Positions 32,658-42,593 of a DNA stretch of 42,683 nt are shown one piece after another. Source of the DNA: a virus; IMG/VR virus record IMGVR_UViG_3300029620_000016, positions 1 through 42,683 of that record. One strand, 5' to 3'. The notes under the pieces were generated by a model. It saw nothing but the letters and a program-made list of their open reading frames with translations. It made no database searches and was not told the DNA's origin. The position numbers and the translations under genes were made by a program. Within the stretch, counting starts at the first letter, position 1. Every line of letters starts with the position of its first letter.

Positions 32658-33301
32658 TATAATTCACCCCCTTGGTAGACGATTGTTGCAACTCCACTAC
32701 CTTTGAAGTGCAAAGTGTTTACTCCTTCTTTTATGAATAAATCAGGAATTTCATTCTCTCTATTAGCTTTTAAATTTCTTTCTTCACCATTAACAACTAT
32801 GGTCATATCATTGGTAACTTTAATTATTGGATTAACAGTCATTCGTTTTCCATGAATTTTAACATATGTGTCACCGCTAATATTAGCATTACTAATGCAA
32901 TTAGCGCTCGTATATTTGAACGGATCACAATCACATTGAATAACTATTTTACCAACTCTTTTATCACTTACCCATTGATTTATTTGGCATCTTCCAACAT
33001 AATAGTAACTTTCATCACTATCTAATGTGATTTTTAATTTTTTTCCATGAAGATAATTAGCTATTTCAGTAACTAAATCGTTAAATTCTTCATAGTTGGT
33101 TGTCATGGTAAATTCAAACTCAAGAATTCTATTGTTAAATTTAATTTCACCGCATAGAACTTCTGAGGTATCAATTACCCCATCTGCTCCTTCAACATCT
33201 ACACTTGAAGTTTTGGGGGTCGGGAGTCCCAACGCTTTATTAGTTAGGACTAATCCCCAATCATCATATGTATGTTTAATTCCAAAAGTTATTCCATTCA
33301 T
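32657..33301 (-). CDS. Distal tail protein (Dit)
   Basis: Directly after the tape measure. N-terminus MNGITFGIKHTYDDWGLVL...VDVEGADGVIDTSE...FNNRILEFEF is typical of siphovirus Dit. Confidence 0.8.
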   Translation of the reverse strand: MNGITFGIKHTYDDWGLVLTNKALGLPTPKTSSVDVEGADGVIDTSEVLCGEIKFNNRILEFEFTMTTNYEEFNDLVTEIANYLHGKKLKITLDSDESYYYVGRCQINQWVSDKRVGKIVIQCDCDPFKYTSANCISNANISGDTYVKIHGKRMTVNPIIKVTNDMTIVVNGEERNLKANRENEIPDLFIKEGVNTLHFKGSGVATIVYQGGEL

Positions 33302-33304
33302 AAC

Positions 33305-35416
33305 TTACCCCCTAAATCTACTTTTTCCATAGGCTAAGTCTCCTAGTTTAGTGTCCATTTTTGAAGCCATAGCACCGACTAATTGACCGCTATCTAGCAC
33401 TATTTGTTGGTTCATATTGTCTTTTATATCTGGTAAATAAGTACTTAATAAGTTGATTAATTTATCAAAGTAGTAACTTAACTCATCTACTTCATTTTTA
33501 ACGGCTTCAGATACATACTCTTGAAGTGTTGAAATTGGGGTAATTGCTTCAGCTCCAGCTTCTCCACCAACCATAGCATTGCCAGTTGTTGGATTATACC
33601 CAAAGGCAGTTGGCTTGTTCATAATACCACCCTTAGCATACCATTCAACACCTATTCTTGGCATACCTTGGCTAAACCAGTCAACTGGATTTAATGATCC
33701 ATCAACTGTGAAATGTGGTAGTTTGAATATTGATCTAAACCAATTACAGAAGTCATTCCATAAGTTTGAGATATTATCAATTACATTACCAAAGAAGTTT
33801 CTAATTGAATCAAAGTGTTTAGCAATTTGTTTAACTGCTGTTCCAAAAGGATTGACAATAAATCCAATGATAGTTTTCCAATTGTTCTTAAAGAAGCCAA
33901 TTACATCTTTAAATTTGGATTTAATACCATCTAGTACGCCACCCATTAGCTTGAATCCAGCTTTTGTAAGTTCTCTAATTCCATTTAATAAGCCCTTTAC
34001 TAATGCGCCAATAATTTCTATATCAGCTTTTAATATATTAGGTATAGCTTTGATAATACCCCCAATTAAAGCTAATATGATTTTAAATCCAACATCAATA
34101 ATAACTCCTAAATTATTAACTATTGTATTTACAAGAGCTTCAATTATTTTCGGTACATAATCAATTAATTTAGGTAATGCCTTTACTAAGCCTTCAACTA
34201 AAGCCAATATTAATTGTAATGATACATTTATGATTAAACCTAAATTATTCATCAAAGTATCCACAATTTTAATGACAACATCTACAATTATTGGTACTAA
34301 AGTTGGTAAAGCTTCAACCAATCCTTGTTCCAATCCAACTATTAATTGAATACCAGCGTCTATAATCAATGGTAGATTTTCTATTAATGCTTGAGTAACT
34401 GTTAATATACATTCAACCGCTAAAGGCACAAACTCTGGTAATAACTTAACTATTGCGTCAATTACTTTAGTGATCAACTCTGTAAAAGTTTGAATAAGTG
34501 TAGGTAGCATTTGACTAATTGCATCAATCAAAGCATCCATAACCGTTGGAAGTACTGCCACCATGTTATTAATAACTGGTATAACGTTTTGGACTGCTCC
34601 ATTAATACCTTTAGCCAAGTTATCTACTAACTTTTTCATATCAGCATCAGGATTGCCTAAGCCAGCTATAAAGTTTTGCCATGATGCGCTTAATGAGTTG
34701 AATGAACCTTCGATAGTTTCTCCAGCTTCTTTTGCGGTTGTGCCTGTAATACCTAAATCTTGTTGAATAACGTGGATGGCTTGATAAACATCATCCAAGT
34801 TGGATATATCATACTTGATACCTGTTAATTTTTCGGCATCAGCAAGTAAACGCTCCATCTCGGTTTTAGTACCACCATAACCAAGTTTTAAGTTATCTAA
34901 CATGGTATAGTTTTGCTTTGAAAAACCTTGATAAGCGTTTTGGATATCTTGCATATGAGTACCCATTTTGTTAGCGTTATCTGCCATATCACGGATAGCC
35001 ATATCCGCACTATCACACGCTTTTTCAGTATCACCATCAAGGGCTTGTAATAATGAAGCACTAAAGCTAGTAACTTGCTCCATGTAAGTATTGGCATCAA
35101 TACCAGCTGTTGTATAAGCGTTATTAGCGTTATCAATGACCTTTTGAGCTGAGTCTTTGAATAAAGTTTCAATACCACCGATTGATTGCTGTAAACGCCC
35201 ATATGAAGATGAAACGTTTTTAACTAATCCAACTGCTCCAGTAGCGACCGCTCCAGTAGCAACTAATACTCCCTTGCCAACTGTTTTAGCAATTGAGCCT
35301 ATTTTACTAAGTTTACTTGAAGTATTTTCGGCTTCATCACTTACATCTGTTAATTCTTTTTTAGATTTTGCAACGCCCACTAAAGCAAGCGTTCCGAATA
35401 TTTTAAATAATTCCAT
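33305..35416 (-). CDS. Tape measure protein
   Basis: 703 aa, long helical/hydrophobic repeats, located after the chaperone pair. Confidence 0.85.
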   Translation of the reverse strand: MELFKIFGTLALVGVAKSKKELTDVSDEAENTSSKLSKIGSIAKTVGKGVLVATGAVATGAVGLVKNVSSSYGRLQQSIGGIETLFKDSAQKVIDNANNAYTTAGIDANTYMEQVTSFSASLLQALDGDTEKACDSADMAIRDMADNANKMGTHMQDIQNAYQGFSKQNYTMLDNLKLGYGGTKTEMERLLADAEKLTGIKYDISNLDDVYQAIHVIQQDLGITGTTAKEAGETIEGSFNSLSASWQNFIAGLGNPDADMKKLVDNLAKGINGAVQNVIPVINNMVAVLPTVMDALIDAISQMLPTLIQTFTELITKVIDAIVKLLPEFVPLAVECILTVTQALIENLPLIIDAGIQLIVGLEQGLVEALPTLVPIIVDVVIKIVDTLMNNLGLIINVSLQLILALVEGLVKALPKLIDYVPKIIEALVNTIVNNLGVIIDVGFKIILALIGGIIKAIPNILKADIEIIGALVKGLLNGIRELTKAGFKLMGGVLDGIKSKFKDVIGFFKNNWKTIIGFIVNPFGTAVKQIAKHFDSIRNFFGNVIDNISNLWNDFCNWFRSIFKLPHFTVDGSLNPVDWFSQGMPRIGVEWYAKGGIMNKPTAFGYNPTTGNAMVGGEAGAEAITPISTLQEYVSEAVKNEVDELSYYFDKLINLLSTYLPDIKDNMNQQIVLDSGQLVGAMASKMDTKLGDLAYGKSRFRG

Positions 35417-35425
35417 TTGATCCTC

Positions 35426-35740
35426 CTAATTTTGAGGTTGGAAATTGCTCAAAATTTCATAAGATTTTTTAACGGTTGTTTTAGCTTCTTCCACATTCAT
35501 TTCATCAGTTTGAGCATCTTGATCATGAATTTTTGAAGTGAATTCAGAAAATGATTTATCATAAACTTTATGTAGCCATACATTAAGCTCTATATCTTCA
35601 TTATTTTTTTCTATTAGTGTGTCGATAAAACTTGATAACATATCATTTTCAATTAATTCATCTAATAATGAAAATGGACTTGAGTATCGTTTAAATACCA
35701 AGTCCCAAAATTCATTACATCCTAGTTGAATGATTTTAAA
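35426..35740 (-). CDS. gpT-like extension of the tail assembly chaperone, reached by a -1 frameshift
   Basis: The -1 frame is open from the slippery site through 35426. The track ORF 35426-35701 begins only at a TTG. Confidence 0.55.
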   Translation of the reverse strand, partial: FKIIQLGCNEFWDLVFKRYSSPFSLLDELIENDMLSSFIDTLIEKNNEDIELNVWLHKVYDKSFSEFTSKIHDQDAQTDEMNVEEAKTTVKKSYEILSNFQPQN

Positions 35741-36117
35741 ACAACCTTGATAAAATCCACGAACTCAGGCATTTTAATTATTGTTATTGCCATTTCCATA
35801 AATTCAGCTGGAGGCAAATTTTCAATTTCTTTAACTTTCAAACCGCTTAAATTAGACATAAACTTTATTAATGGTTCTTGAATATATTCAAGCTTTTCTA
35901 AAAGTAAATCGCAAACTGAAGTTACCACCATAAGTCCGACTTTTTCATAATTAACATCAGCATTACCTTTTTTAGATTTAGCTAATGTTTTGATTTCTTC
36001 TAATTCTTCATTATTGAAGCAGTTATAAATATTTTTAACTCCAATAGTTTTTAAAATTTTACTGGCAACAAATAAATCAGTCGCCTTTGGTTTTCTCAAT
36101 GTGTATTCCATAATCAT
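35722..36117 (-). CDS. Tail assembly chaperone (gpG-like)
   Basis: 131-aa acidic protein between the major tail protein and the tape measure. Confidence 0.65.
   Translation of the reverse strand: MIMEYTLRKPKATDLFVASKILKTIGVKNIYNCFNNEELEEIKTLAKSKKGNADVNYEKVGLMVVTSVCDLLLEKLEYIQEPLIKFMSNLSGLKVKEIENLPPAEFMEMAITIIKMPEFVDFIKVVLKSFN
35734..35740 (-). other. Candidate -1 programmed frameshift heptamer T TTA AAA
   Basis: Minus strand: GTT GTT TTA AAA TCA TTC AAC TAG. The X XXY YYZ pattern sits 4 codons before the gpG-like stop. Confidence 0.5.
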
Positions 36118-36136
36118 CCTCCTAGTTTATTTTCAC

Positions 36137-36727
36137 TTATGATCTTTTTGGAAAGTAAATGTGGTATGGTAAAGTTGTAAGAGATTGACTGGCATCGGCA
36201 TGACACTCAAATGTGTATTTACCTACACCTTCTTCTTTATTTTTGCCTTCTAATGATAAACCACTTGTGCAAAGTGCATTATCTAAAATTACAATGATAT
36301 TTTTACCATCTAAAGTTTCACCAACAAAAGCGATATTTTCCCAATAGTCACCTTCAGCAATAGCATCTTTAGATTCGATTACATCAAAATTAGTAGAATC
36401 AGCACTAGTTCCATCTTTACCAACGACTGCTGACTTGATTAAATCCTTAGTTAGTTCTAAGAAGTTAACTTCAAGTGTGGCGGTTTCTCCAACTTTACGT
36501 TTAAAATCTTTGATTGCGACCGTAGATCCATCAGGTTCAACTGAATAAAATTCTGGTGTGATTGTTAATGTTGAGCCACCTTTAGTTGCACCAACACAAG
36601 ACTCATCGAAGTTCCAAGAACCACTACCATCTGAAGCAGTATATTTTAAACCTTTATGGATTGTACCAGCTCCAAATACAATGTTTTGAACTGTTGTACT
36701 TGAAACACCGTTATTACCTTTTTTCAT
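36137..36727 (-). CDS. Major tail protein
   Basis: 196 aa, immediately upstream of the chaperone pair. Strong SD. Confidence 0.65.
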   Translation of the reverse strand: MKKGNNGVSSTTVQNIVFGAGTIHKGLKYTASDGSGSWNFDESCVGATKGGSTLTITPEFYSVEPDGSTVAIKDFKRKVGETATLEVNFLELTKDLIKSAVVGKDGTSADSTNFDVIESKDAIAEGDYWENIAFVGETLDGKNIIVILDNALCTSGLSLEGKNKEEGVGKYTFECHADASQSLTTLPYHIYFPKRS

Positions 36728-37095
36728 TAATTATCCTCCCACAAATAAATTGTGAATTTAATTTGAATTCGTTTAATGTTGGCTATTTCAATTGGAATAG
36801 TTATTGTACTATCATAACTAATTACGATATAACCACCATCACATTTAATTTTTTTAGATTGTTTATATTCTTTTTTAAGTTTTTCAGCATATGTATATAA
36901 ATTAGAATAAGTTTCAACATCTTCACCAGTTAAAGTGAATGAAAATTCACTTTTACCATCTTCATATGGGCTTTCTACTTCATCAAGTTCGCCAACAAAG
37001 AATGGAAGTTTAACATTACATTCCCATTTATCATACGCATAAGGTATTTTAAGCTGTTCTAGCTCGTTTTTAAGAGTTTTTAATACATTTATCAT
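36727..37095 (-). CDS. Putative tail completion / tail terminator protein
   Basis: Position only (122 aa, between the gp10-like and major tail genes). Confidence 0.4.
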   Translation of the reverse strand: MINVLKTLKNELEQLKIPYAYDKWECNVKLPFFVGELDEVESPYEDGKSEFSFTLTGEDVETYSNLYTYAEKLKKEYKQSKKIKCDGGYIVISYDSTITIPIEIANIKRIQIKFTIYLWEDN

Positions 37096-37514
37096 AAGTC
37101 TTTGAATTGTTCCTCAAAATAGCTCTTAACGCTGTTCTTAGTGGTGTTAAATGCACGTTGTAACGCTTTACGTGGCTTTTTACCACTTGTCCTATGCCAT
37201 TTACCTTCTTCATCTCGATAAACCCATGGAACGTCTTTTCTACCATTACCATGCTGGGCGTAAATACCAGTTCCGAACTCTTCCCATATAGCATTATCAT
37301 AATTAGAACCAACATAGGCTTCACATTTCTTAGAATCTACTTTATGTTCCCAACTAGCTTTTGTTTTTCCAGTTTTAACCTTGGTATTTTTCTTAGTTTG
37401 GCTTTCAAGTTCTCCGATAGCTTCTTCCAATGCGTTTTCAACCGCTTCATCTAGTACATTACATACTTTATCTAGCTTTATATCAATTTTTATATTATTT
37501 TGCATTTGTAACAC
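37092..37514 (-). CDS. HK97 gp10-family head-tail joining protein
   Basis: GKTKASW...VGSNYDNAIWEEFGTG pattern and position. Confidence 0.6.
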   Translation of the reverse strand: MLQMQNNIKIDIKLDKVCNVLDEAVENALEEAIGELESQTKKNTKVKTGKTKASWEHKVDSKKCEAYVGSNYDNAIWEEFGTGIYAQHGNGRKDVPWVYRDEEGKWHRTSGKKPRKALQRAFNTTKNSVKSYFEEQFKDL

Positions 37515-37833
37515 CCAGTAAGTTCAATGTGATTTCTAAATGGTCGTGAATTTCCATTGGGTCATCTATGAATTTTACTTCATAAATTCTATTGCTAATT
37601 TTGAACCTACACTGAGTAATATCAAGATCTCTTATATCTGGATTGTAATCAGAAATGAATACATGAGTTGAATCTTCTGTTTTAGTTTTATGAGAATAAG
37701 TAGAAGTGCCACTTGACAAGTCTAACCAACCATTTAATGTATATTTGTCAGTCCAAGCTAACACATTCTCCCCTAAATCATTAGTGGAGGTCGTTTTAAC
37801 TTGGATAGTAGCTTTTAAATTACCACCAATCAT
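37495..37833 (-). CDS. Head closure / head-tail adaptor protein
   Basis: 112 aa. Pattern KATIQVKT...GWLDLSSG...RFKISNRIYEVKFIDDP. Position. Confidence 0.55.
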   Translation of the reverse strand: MIGGNLKATIQVKTTSTNDLGENVLAWTDKYTLNGWLDLSSGTSTYSHKTKTEDSTHVFISDYNPDIRDLDITQCRFKISNRIYEVKFIDDPMEIHDHLEITLNLLGVTNAK

Positions 37834-38369
37834 AGGAAGTTCCTTGACGCTTTAGTGTATTTTTTTAAGCCTGTAAACAAATGAATTGGATAGCCGTTAT
37901 ATGAGTTTTGGTCGTTTTGTGAGAAATAACTTACTGAGTGTCTACCAATCGATTCACTTTGGATTCCCATTTTAGAACCAAATTGTTCATCCCATTTAAG
38001 GATATTAATTACCATTGATATGATATCTTGAGGATATTCCACCTTAGTTATCGTACATTCTTCACAATCGAATAAGTCCTTGTCCAATTTAATTTTATTT
38101 GCTGTAATTTCTTCAATTAAATATAAACCATCATTTACTTTAGAATTAGTTATTTGAATGGTGTCCCCTACTTTTAAGTAAGGGGACATACCAATCAAAT
38201 AATTGTCAACTGAGGGACATTTAATTCTAATATTTCTGTTTTGAAAATTATTATTTGTTTTACTTCTAATAAGCGATTCCAACCCATCGAGTTTAGCTTG
38301 TACTAGCTCTGTTGGAGTGTCTGCAAACAAATGATAGTAATCAACCACTTCTTTAACACTAACAATCAT
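37830..38369 (-). CDS. Head-tail connector (gp6-like) protein
   Basis: First gene after the capsid gene. Position-based call. Confidence 0.45.
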   Translation of the reverse strand: MIVSVKEVVDYYHLFADTPTELVQAKLDGLESLIRSKTNNNFQNRNIRIKCPSVDNYLIGMSPYLKVGDTIQITNSKVNDGLYLIEEITANKIKLDKDLFDCEECTITKVEYPQDIISMVINILKWDEQFGSKMGIQSESIGRHSVSYFSQNDQNSYNGYPIHLFTGLKKYTKASRNFL

Positions 38370-38398
38370 TTTATCCCTCCAATTTTTAATACTTTTTA

Positions 38399-39388
38399 TT
38401 AAGCTTTAAACTTAGCTAAAACTACTTTAGCACCATTTGTTAATGCAACACCATAGTACTTAGCTGTTGTAACATCATGTTGTTGCTTCTTTGGAAGCCA
38501 TTCACTATCAGTTTGAGTATCTTTCTTTAAGAAGATAGTTAAAGCTGGTAATTCATCTTCTGTGTATTCAGTTTCAGCTGAATCTGGTTCAAGCTTAATA
38601 ACTGGACATACATAATATTGAGAACCTTTGGCAATTGCTTTAAGACCATTGCCAACTTCAAGTTTAACAGTTGGATCAACTTTAGCTTGATATTCAGCTA
38701 AGTTTGAAGCATCAATAGTAACTGTACTACCTGATTCAACTTTTTCATAAGTAACAAGTCTAACTTTCTTGGACTTTTTAACCCAAGCACCAGCGATTTT
38801 ACCAATAGAACCGTTAACTGCAACACCAGCTTGGTATTTATCAGCTGAGATAAAGTTACTATCTTTTAAAAGTGTAGCTTCTTGACTTGGGTGGATAAAC
38901 ATAACTTTATCAATTCCATCTTCTTCATCTTCAAACTTACAATTGGCATCAACAATACCACTATAAGAGATGTTAGATGTACCTTCACCAGCTACCATAG
39001 TTGCTTTATAAACTGCTTCTAATACATCGTTATCAACTTTACCAGCAATAGATTTAGCTAATTGAGAACCAGCTTGTCCAACTGGGTCGCCATAACCAGA
39101 GTTAATAGCTTCTTGAGTAATTGATACCGACTTCATAGCCTTTTTGATTGTAAAAGTTGTGCTAGAAGCTGTCATTTGGGTTGGTGTAACTTCAACACCT
39201 TCAGCAACATCTTCAGCATCACCAATATAATTCCAAGATGGTACTGTTTTTGTATCCCCTGGGACACCAACTAAAGTTGTATCGACTTTAGCATATGGTG
39301 TTAATTTTAATAGTGCTTCAATTTTTGCATTGAGCATATCACCCATGACTTGTGGGTTGATCATTTGATCCATTTTTGTAACTGCCAT
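38399..39388 (-). CDS. Major capsid protein
   Basis: 329 aa, directly after the scaffold gene, strong SD. Confidence 0.75.
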   Translation of the reverse strand: MAVTKMDQMINPQVMGDMLNAKIEALLKLTPYAKVDTTLVGVPGDTKTVPSWNYIGDAEDVAEGVEVTPTQMTASSTTFTIKKAMKSVSITQEAINSGYGDPVGQAGSQLAKSIAGKVDNDVLEAVYKATMVAGEGTSNISYSGIVDANCKFEDEEDGIDKVMFIHPSQEATLLKDSNFISADKYQAGVAVNGSIGKIAGAWVKKSKKVRLVTYEKVESGSTVTIDASNLAEYQAKVDPTVKLEVGNGLKAIAKGSQYYVCPVIKLEPDSAETEYTEDELPALTIFLKKDTQTDSEWLPKKQQHDVTTAKYYGVALTNGAKVVLAKFKA

Positions 39389-39407
39389 AATTTAATTTTA
39401 CCTTTCA

Positions 39408-40028
39408 TTAATTTTGTTTTGTTAATTCTTCATATGCCTCTCTATTATCGTTGTATAATTTCAAGCGTTCATGATAATTCATTTTTTTGAAATCATCCTT
39501 AGTAACGCTTTTATCACCATCCGAATGAGGGATTTTAATTTCTTTTATACTTGGCTTAACATTAGAAAATTGTGTTGGTAACTGAACTTTCAAGTCATCT
39601 AGTAACTCTTTAGTTCCAGTTAAGTTACCTTTATCATCAAGTTTTAATTCAGTTCCTTTTTCTTTAATTTTAAACTTAACATAATCCACATCTTGAACAT
39701 TAGCTTCTAATAGTACTCTATCCAAAGCTGATTCAAGTTTTTGTTCTTCGTTAGCCTTTTTTAAATTAGCGATTTGAGTTTCATAGTCTTTAATCTTACC
39801 TTGTAATTCTTCATTACCTTTATTACCTTTTTGTAATTCATCGATTAAAGCTTGAGACTTTGCCAATTCTTGTGCGTTTTGCTCCGATTCCAATTTAAGT
39901 TTGTTATATCTAACATCCATGTTTTCCTCACTTGCAAGGTAAATCTTATTGGATTTCATGTCTGCTGAGATTTTAACAATCTGTTCATCAGTTAATCCTT
40001 GAGCTTTTAAAACTTCTGTAAAATTCAT
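39408..40028 (-). CDS. Scaffolding protein (GP20/DUF4355-like)
   Basis: 206-aa coiled-coil. N-terminus MNFTEVLKAQGLTDEQIVKI. Immediately upstream of the capsid gene. Confidence 0.7.
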   Translation of the reverse strand: MNFTEVLKAQGLTDEQIVKISADMKSNKIYLASEENMDVRYNKLKLESEQNAQELAKSQALIDELQKGNKGNEELQGKIKDYETQIANLKKANEEQKLESALDRVLLEANVQDVDYVKFKIKEKGTELKLDDKGNLTGTKELLDDLKVQLPTQFSNVKPSIKEIKIPHSDGDKSVTKDDFKKMNYHERLKLYNDNREAYEELTKQN

Positions 40029-40143
40029 TTAATAGTCCTCCATACAATTTTTACGTGTTATGTCACGATTTGAATTTTTTAATTGAACTAGTTTTAACGA
40101 CTTTTCTTTGTCGATTTTTATTAATAGTATTACTACTAATTAA

Positions 40144-41514
40144 TCATTGTTTTGTTCCATTACCTTCTAGCCAAGTGAGTAGGTCGCCAGTAGGTGCGGT
40201 TGAGAAAGTGATTGTGCGGTATGCTTCACTAGTCCACACATGGCTGTTAACTTCATATACATTCGTTGTTCCGTATACCAAATATGCAGCCTTTGGACTT
40301 TCGAAATTATAGCTAAATTTGCTGTACGAAGTTCCATTTGACGTAAAGTTAATATCGTGTGACCAACTTTTAATTCCAAAGATTAAGTCTGCATTCAACA
40401 CCCAAGTTTCGCCTGTACTTGGTTCTTCACTGCTTGATTTTTCAAACACAACTCCACCATCCAAATAAAACTTACTTACTTCATTTCCGTTGTAAATAAC
40501 CTTTTTAACATTGTTATAAGTAACCCCAAAAAGTGGAATGTTATAAATAGTTTCGCTAGTATCTATTGCTAATTTTAGATATTTACCATTGGCAAAATCT
40601 AAATCAGTTAAGTTATATTTAGATTTATCTTCATCATCAATTAAAGCGATAAATTCATCTTGAGTAACTAACGTATCACTACTGCTTGCATAATCTTCAT
40701 AACTAAATGTTGCACCATTCCATATTCTTCTTGAATCATTATTTGTAAAGCTTGATGTTTCAGTTAAATATTTACTACATGAGGAACAATTAGTACTATT
40801 CGTTCCACTTATTGATACGGCACTAGCACAATAATTGTGTGTACTACTATAAATGTGAGGACAAAATCCACCAATATTAAAATACTGTTCTTTGGTACTC
40901 TCTTGCACGGCTATTGTGCCAAAAGCAAAACATCTATATAATTTGGTGTATCTTGAATACCCAATAAATCCACCCACATATATGCTTCTAGTAGAGCCAG
41001 TTATGCTAATATTCACATTACTTATACAATCTTTAAATGTCATATAATTAGTGTCGCCATAGCACGAACCAATAAAGCCACCGACACCTCTAAAAGCATA
41101 TTGAGTGTATAAATAATTATGTGTAATATTCATAGTGCCCTGTACTGATACATTTTCAATTTGTGGTGCTTTATAATAAACTCCACCAGCTAAAATACCA
41201 GTACAGTTGTTATAACCAGTTGAATTAATAGTTGCATTTTCAAATACTAGATTTTTAATAGTACAATCACCTAACATTCTAAAGAATCCAACCAAGTTAT
41301 TATCATAAGTAGAATTAATAGTAATAGTCATATTTTTAATTTTGTGACCATTACCATTAAGAGTTCCATTAAAACTTACATTAACATCTTCTGGTGTTCC
41401 AATAGGTGTCCATTTTTCTAAGCTTGATAAGTCAATATCACAACCTAACTCATAATCGGCTGTTAAATCGTTTTGGATTGCTTGTAAGCCTTCAACAGTT
41501 GTAATAGTTATCAT
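40144..41514 (-). CDS. GLUG-motif beta-helix-like repeat protein; putative fibre or adhesin
   Basis: N-terminus ITTVEGLQAIQNDLTADYELGCDIDLS...FNGTLNGNGHKIKNMTI. Repeated GG(F)IG motifs (GVGGFIGS, YVGGFIGY, NIGGFC). Confidence 0.6.
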   Translation of the reverse strand: MITITTVEGLQAIQNDLTADYELGCDIDLSSLEKWTPIGTPEDVNVSFNGTLNGNGHKIKNMTITINSTYDNNLVGFFRMLGDCTIKNLVFENATINSTGYNNCTGILAGGVYYKAPQIENVSVQGTMNITHNYLYTQYAFRGVGGFIGSCYGDTNYMTFKDCISNVNISITGSTRSIYVGGFIGYSRYTKLYRCFAFGTIAVQESTKEQYFNIGGFCPHIYSSTHNYCASAVSISGTNSTNCSSCSKYLTETSSFTNNDSRRIWNGATFSYEDYASSSDTLVTQDEFIALIDDEDKSKYNLTDLDFANGKYLKLAIDTSETIYNIPLFGVTYNNVKKVIYNGNEVSKFYLDGGVVFEKSSSEEPSTGETWVLNADLIFGIKSWSHDINFTSNGTSYSKFSYNFESPKAAYLVYGTTNVYEVNSHVWTSEAYRTITFSTAPTGDLLTWLEGNGTKQ

Positions 41515-42593
41515 GAGGATGCCTCACTTGTTGTAATAGTTAATGTTCCAGTAGTGGAATCAAAAGTTACGGTTGGGGTAATAGCTTCATAAGTACCAGT
41601 TACACCACCTATATTAATGTCTTTTTTAATGTTTTCAGCCGTTAAAGTGGATGGTTTAGTAATGGTTACTTGAGATAGTGTTTTACCGCTTGTGGGAGTG
41701 ATTACTTGATTACCACTTGCCATTGATAAATCAACCGTCTTAGTCTCTTCAACTGGTGCTGGCACGTTTACCACTGCACTAGCATAATTAGTTACATCAT
41801 ACGTTCCATTAGCTGTTATGTCTAAACTTCCAGTTGGAGTAATTCCATTACTTGTATATGTGCCAGTAACTCCACCGATATTTACACCACTTTTAACATT
41901 TTCGGCAGTTAAATTTGGAAGCCCCAGAAGTGTATAATTTTCACCAGCGAATACAATTCTATTTCCATCACCTTCAAAGTCAATATTGTTGTTATATTCA
42001 ATTATTACTTCAGGTTTATTGGTTGGGGTATTTATATAAATGTCAGTGTATTTTGAGGGTAAGCCACTACCAAGTGTTATCATTGTGTCAGTTAGAGTTA
42101 CACCTGGTAAATCACATGTATGAGTACCAGTTAATTTAACACCATTTACATATGCAGTCTTTCCACTTAATATGTCTGATTGTGTAGCATTTGCGTCTGA
42201 AGTATCAACTTTAGATCCACTTGAGCCACCACTCATAGAACTGAGTGTATTTTTTATACTGGTAAGTTTTGTGTTGGTTTGTGTTAAGGTTTCATTATTT
42301 GTGTTTAAATTTACATTAATTGCATCTGCGATTTTAGTAGAAATTGTTAATGTATCAGCTGTTAGTACGTTATATGAAAAAGTGTTATCTGTAAAAGGAA
42401 TGTTTCCAAGATTTGATGAGGTTATGGATTTTATAGCATATCCAGTTTTTAAAGTTACTGAAAAATTAGAAGTGCCTAAAGGAACGGAACTAATTTGTCC
42501 GCTAGTTGTGAAATACATTTCAACTGGGATTGATATGTCAACTTGCTCTACGCCAGTATCAAAATTAATTTTTAACTTTACTAATGTCGGCAT
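41511..42593 (-). CDS. Fibre-like protein with three copies of the '..ENIK..INIGGVTGTY' module
   Basis: SDILSGKTAYVNGVKLTGTH, LTAENVKSGVNIGGVTGTY and LTAENIKKDINIGGVTGTY. The same module type is in ORF 364-1413. Its first 9 nt recur at window positions 1-9. Confidence 0.6.
   Translation of the reverse strand: MPTLVKLKINFDTGVEQVDISIPVEMYFTTSGQISSVPLGTSNFSVTLKTGYAIKSITSSNLGNIPFTDNTFSYNVLTADTLTISTKIADAINVNLNTNNETLTQTNTKLTSIKNTLSSMSGGSSGSKVDTSDANATQSDILSGKTAYVNGVKLTGTHTCDLPGVTLTDTMITLGSGLPSKYTDIYINTPTNKPEVIIEYNNNIDFEGDGNRIVFAGENYTLLGLPNLTAENVKSGVNIGGVTGTYTSNGITPTGSLDITANGTYDVTNYASAVVNVPAPVEETKTVDLSMASGNQVITPTSGKTLSQVTITKPSTLTAENIKKDINIGGVTGTYEAITPTVTFDSTTGTLTITTSEASS

Noticed and set aside
34897-35202. 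Same-strand or opposite-strand alternative-frame ORFs inside real genes: 34897-35202, 37070-37324, 40167-40379, 10379-10576, 22857-23078, 26623-26832, 28441-28635, 29188-29448, 30314-30592 and 31101-31289.
   Set aside because: They overlap better-supported genes (tape measure, gp10-like, GLUG protein, cI-like, SNF2, PP-loop, ParB-like, XhlA and others). They have no independent translation signals.
35238-35268. 15-bp tandem duplication in the tape measure gene encoding ATGAVATGAV.
   Set aside because: This is a real but trivial two-copy repeat within a Gly/Ala/Val-rich segment, with no evident functional implication.
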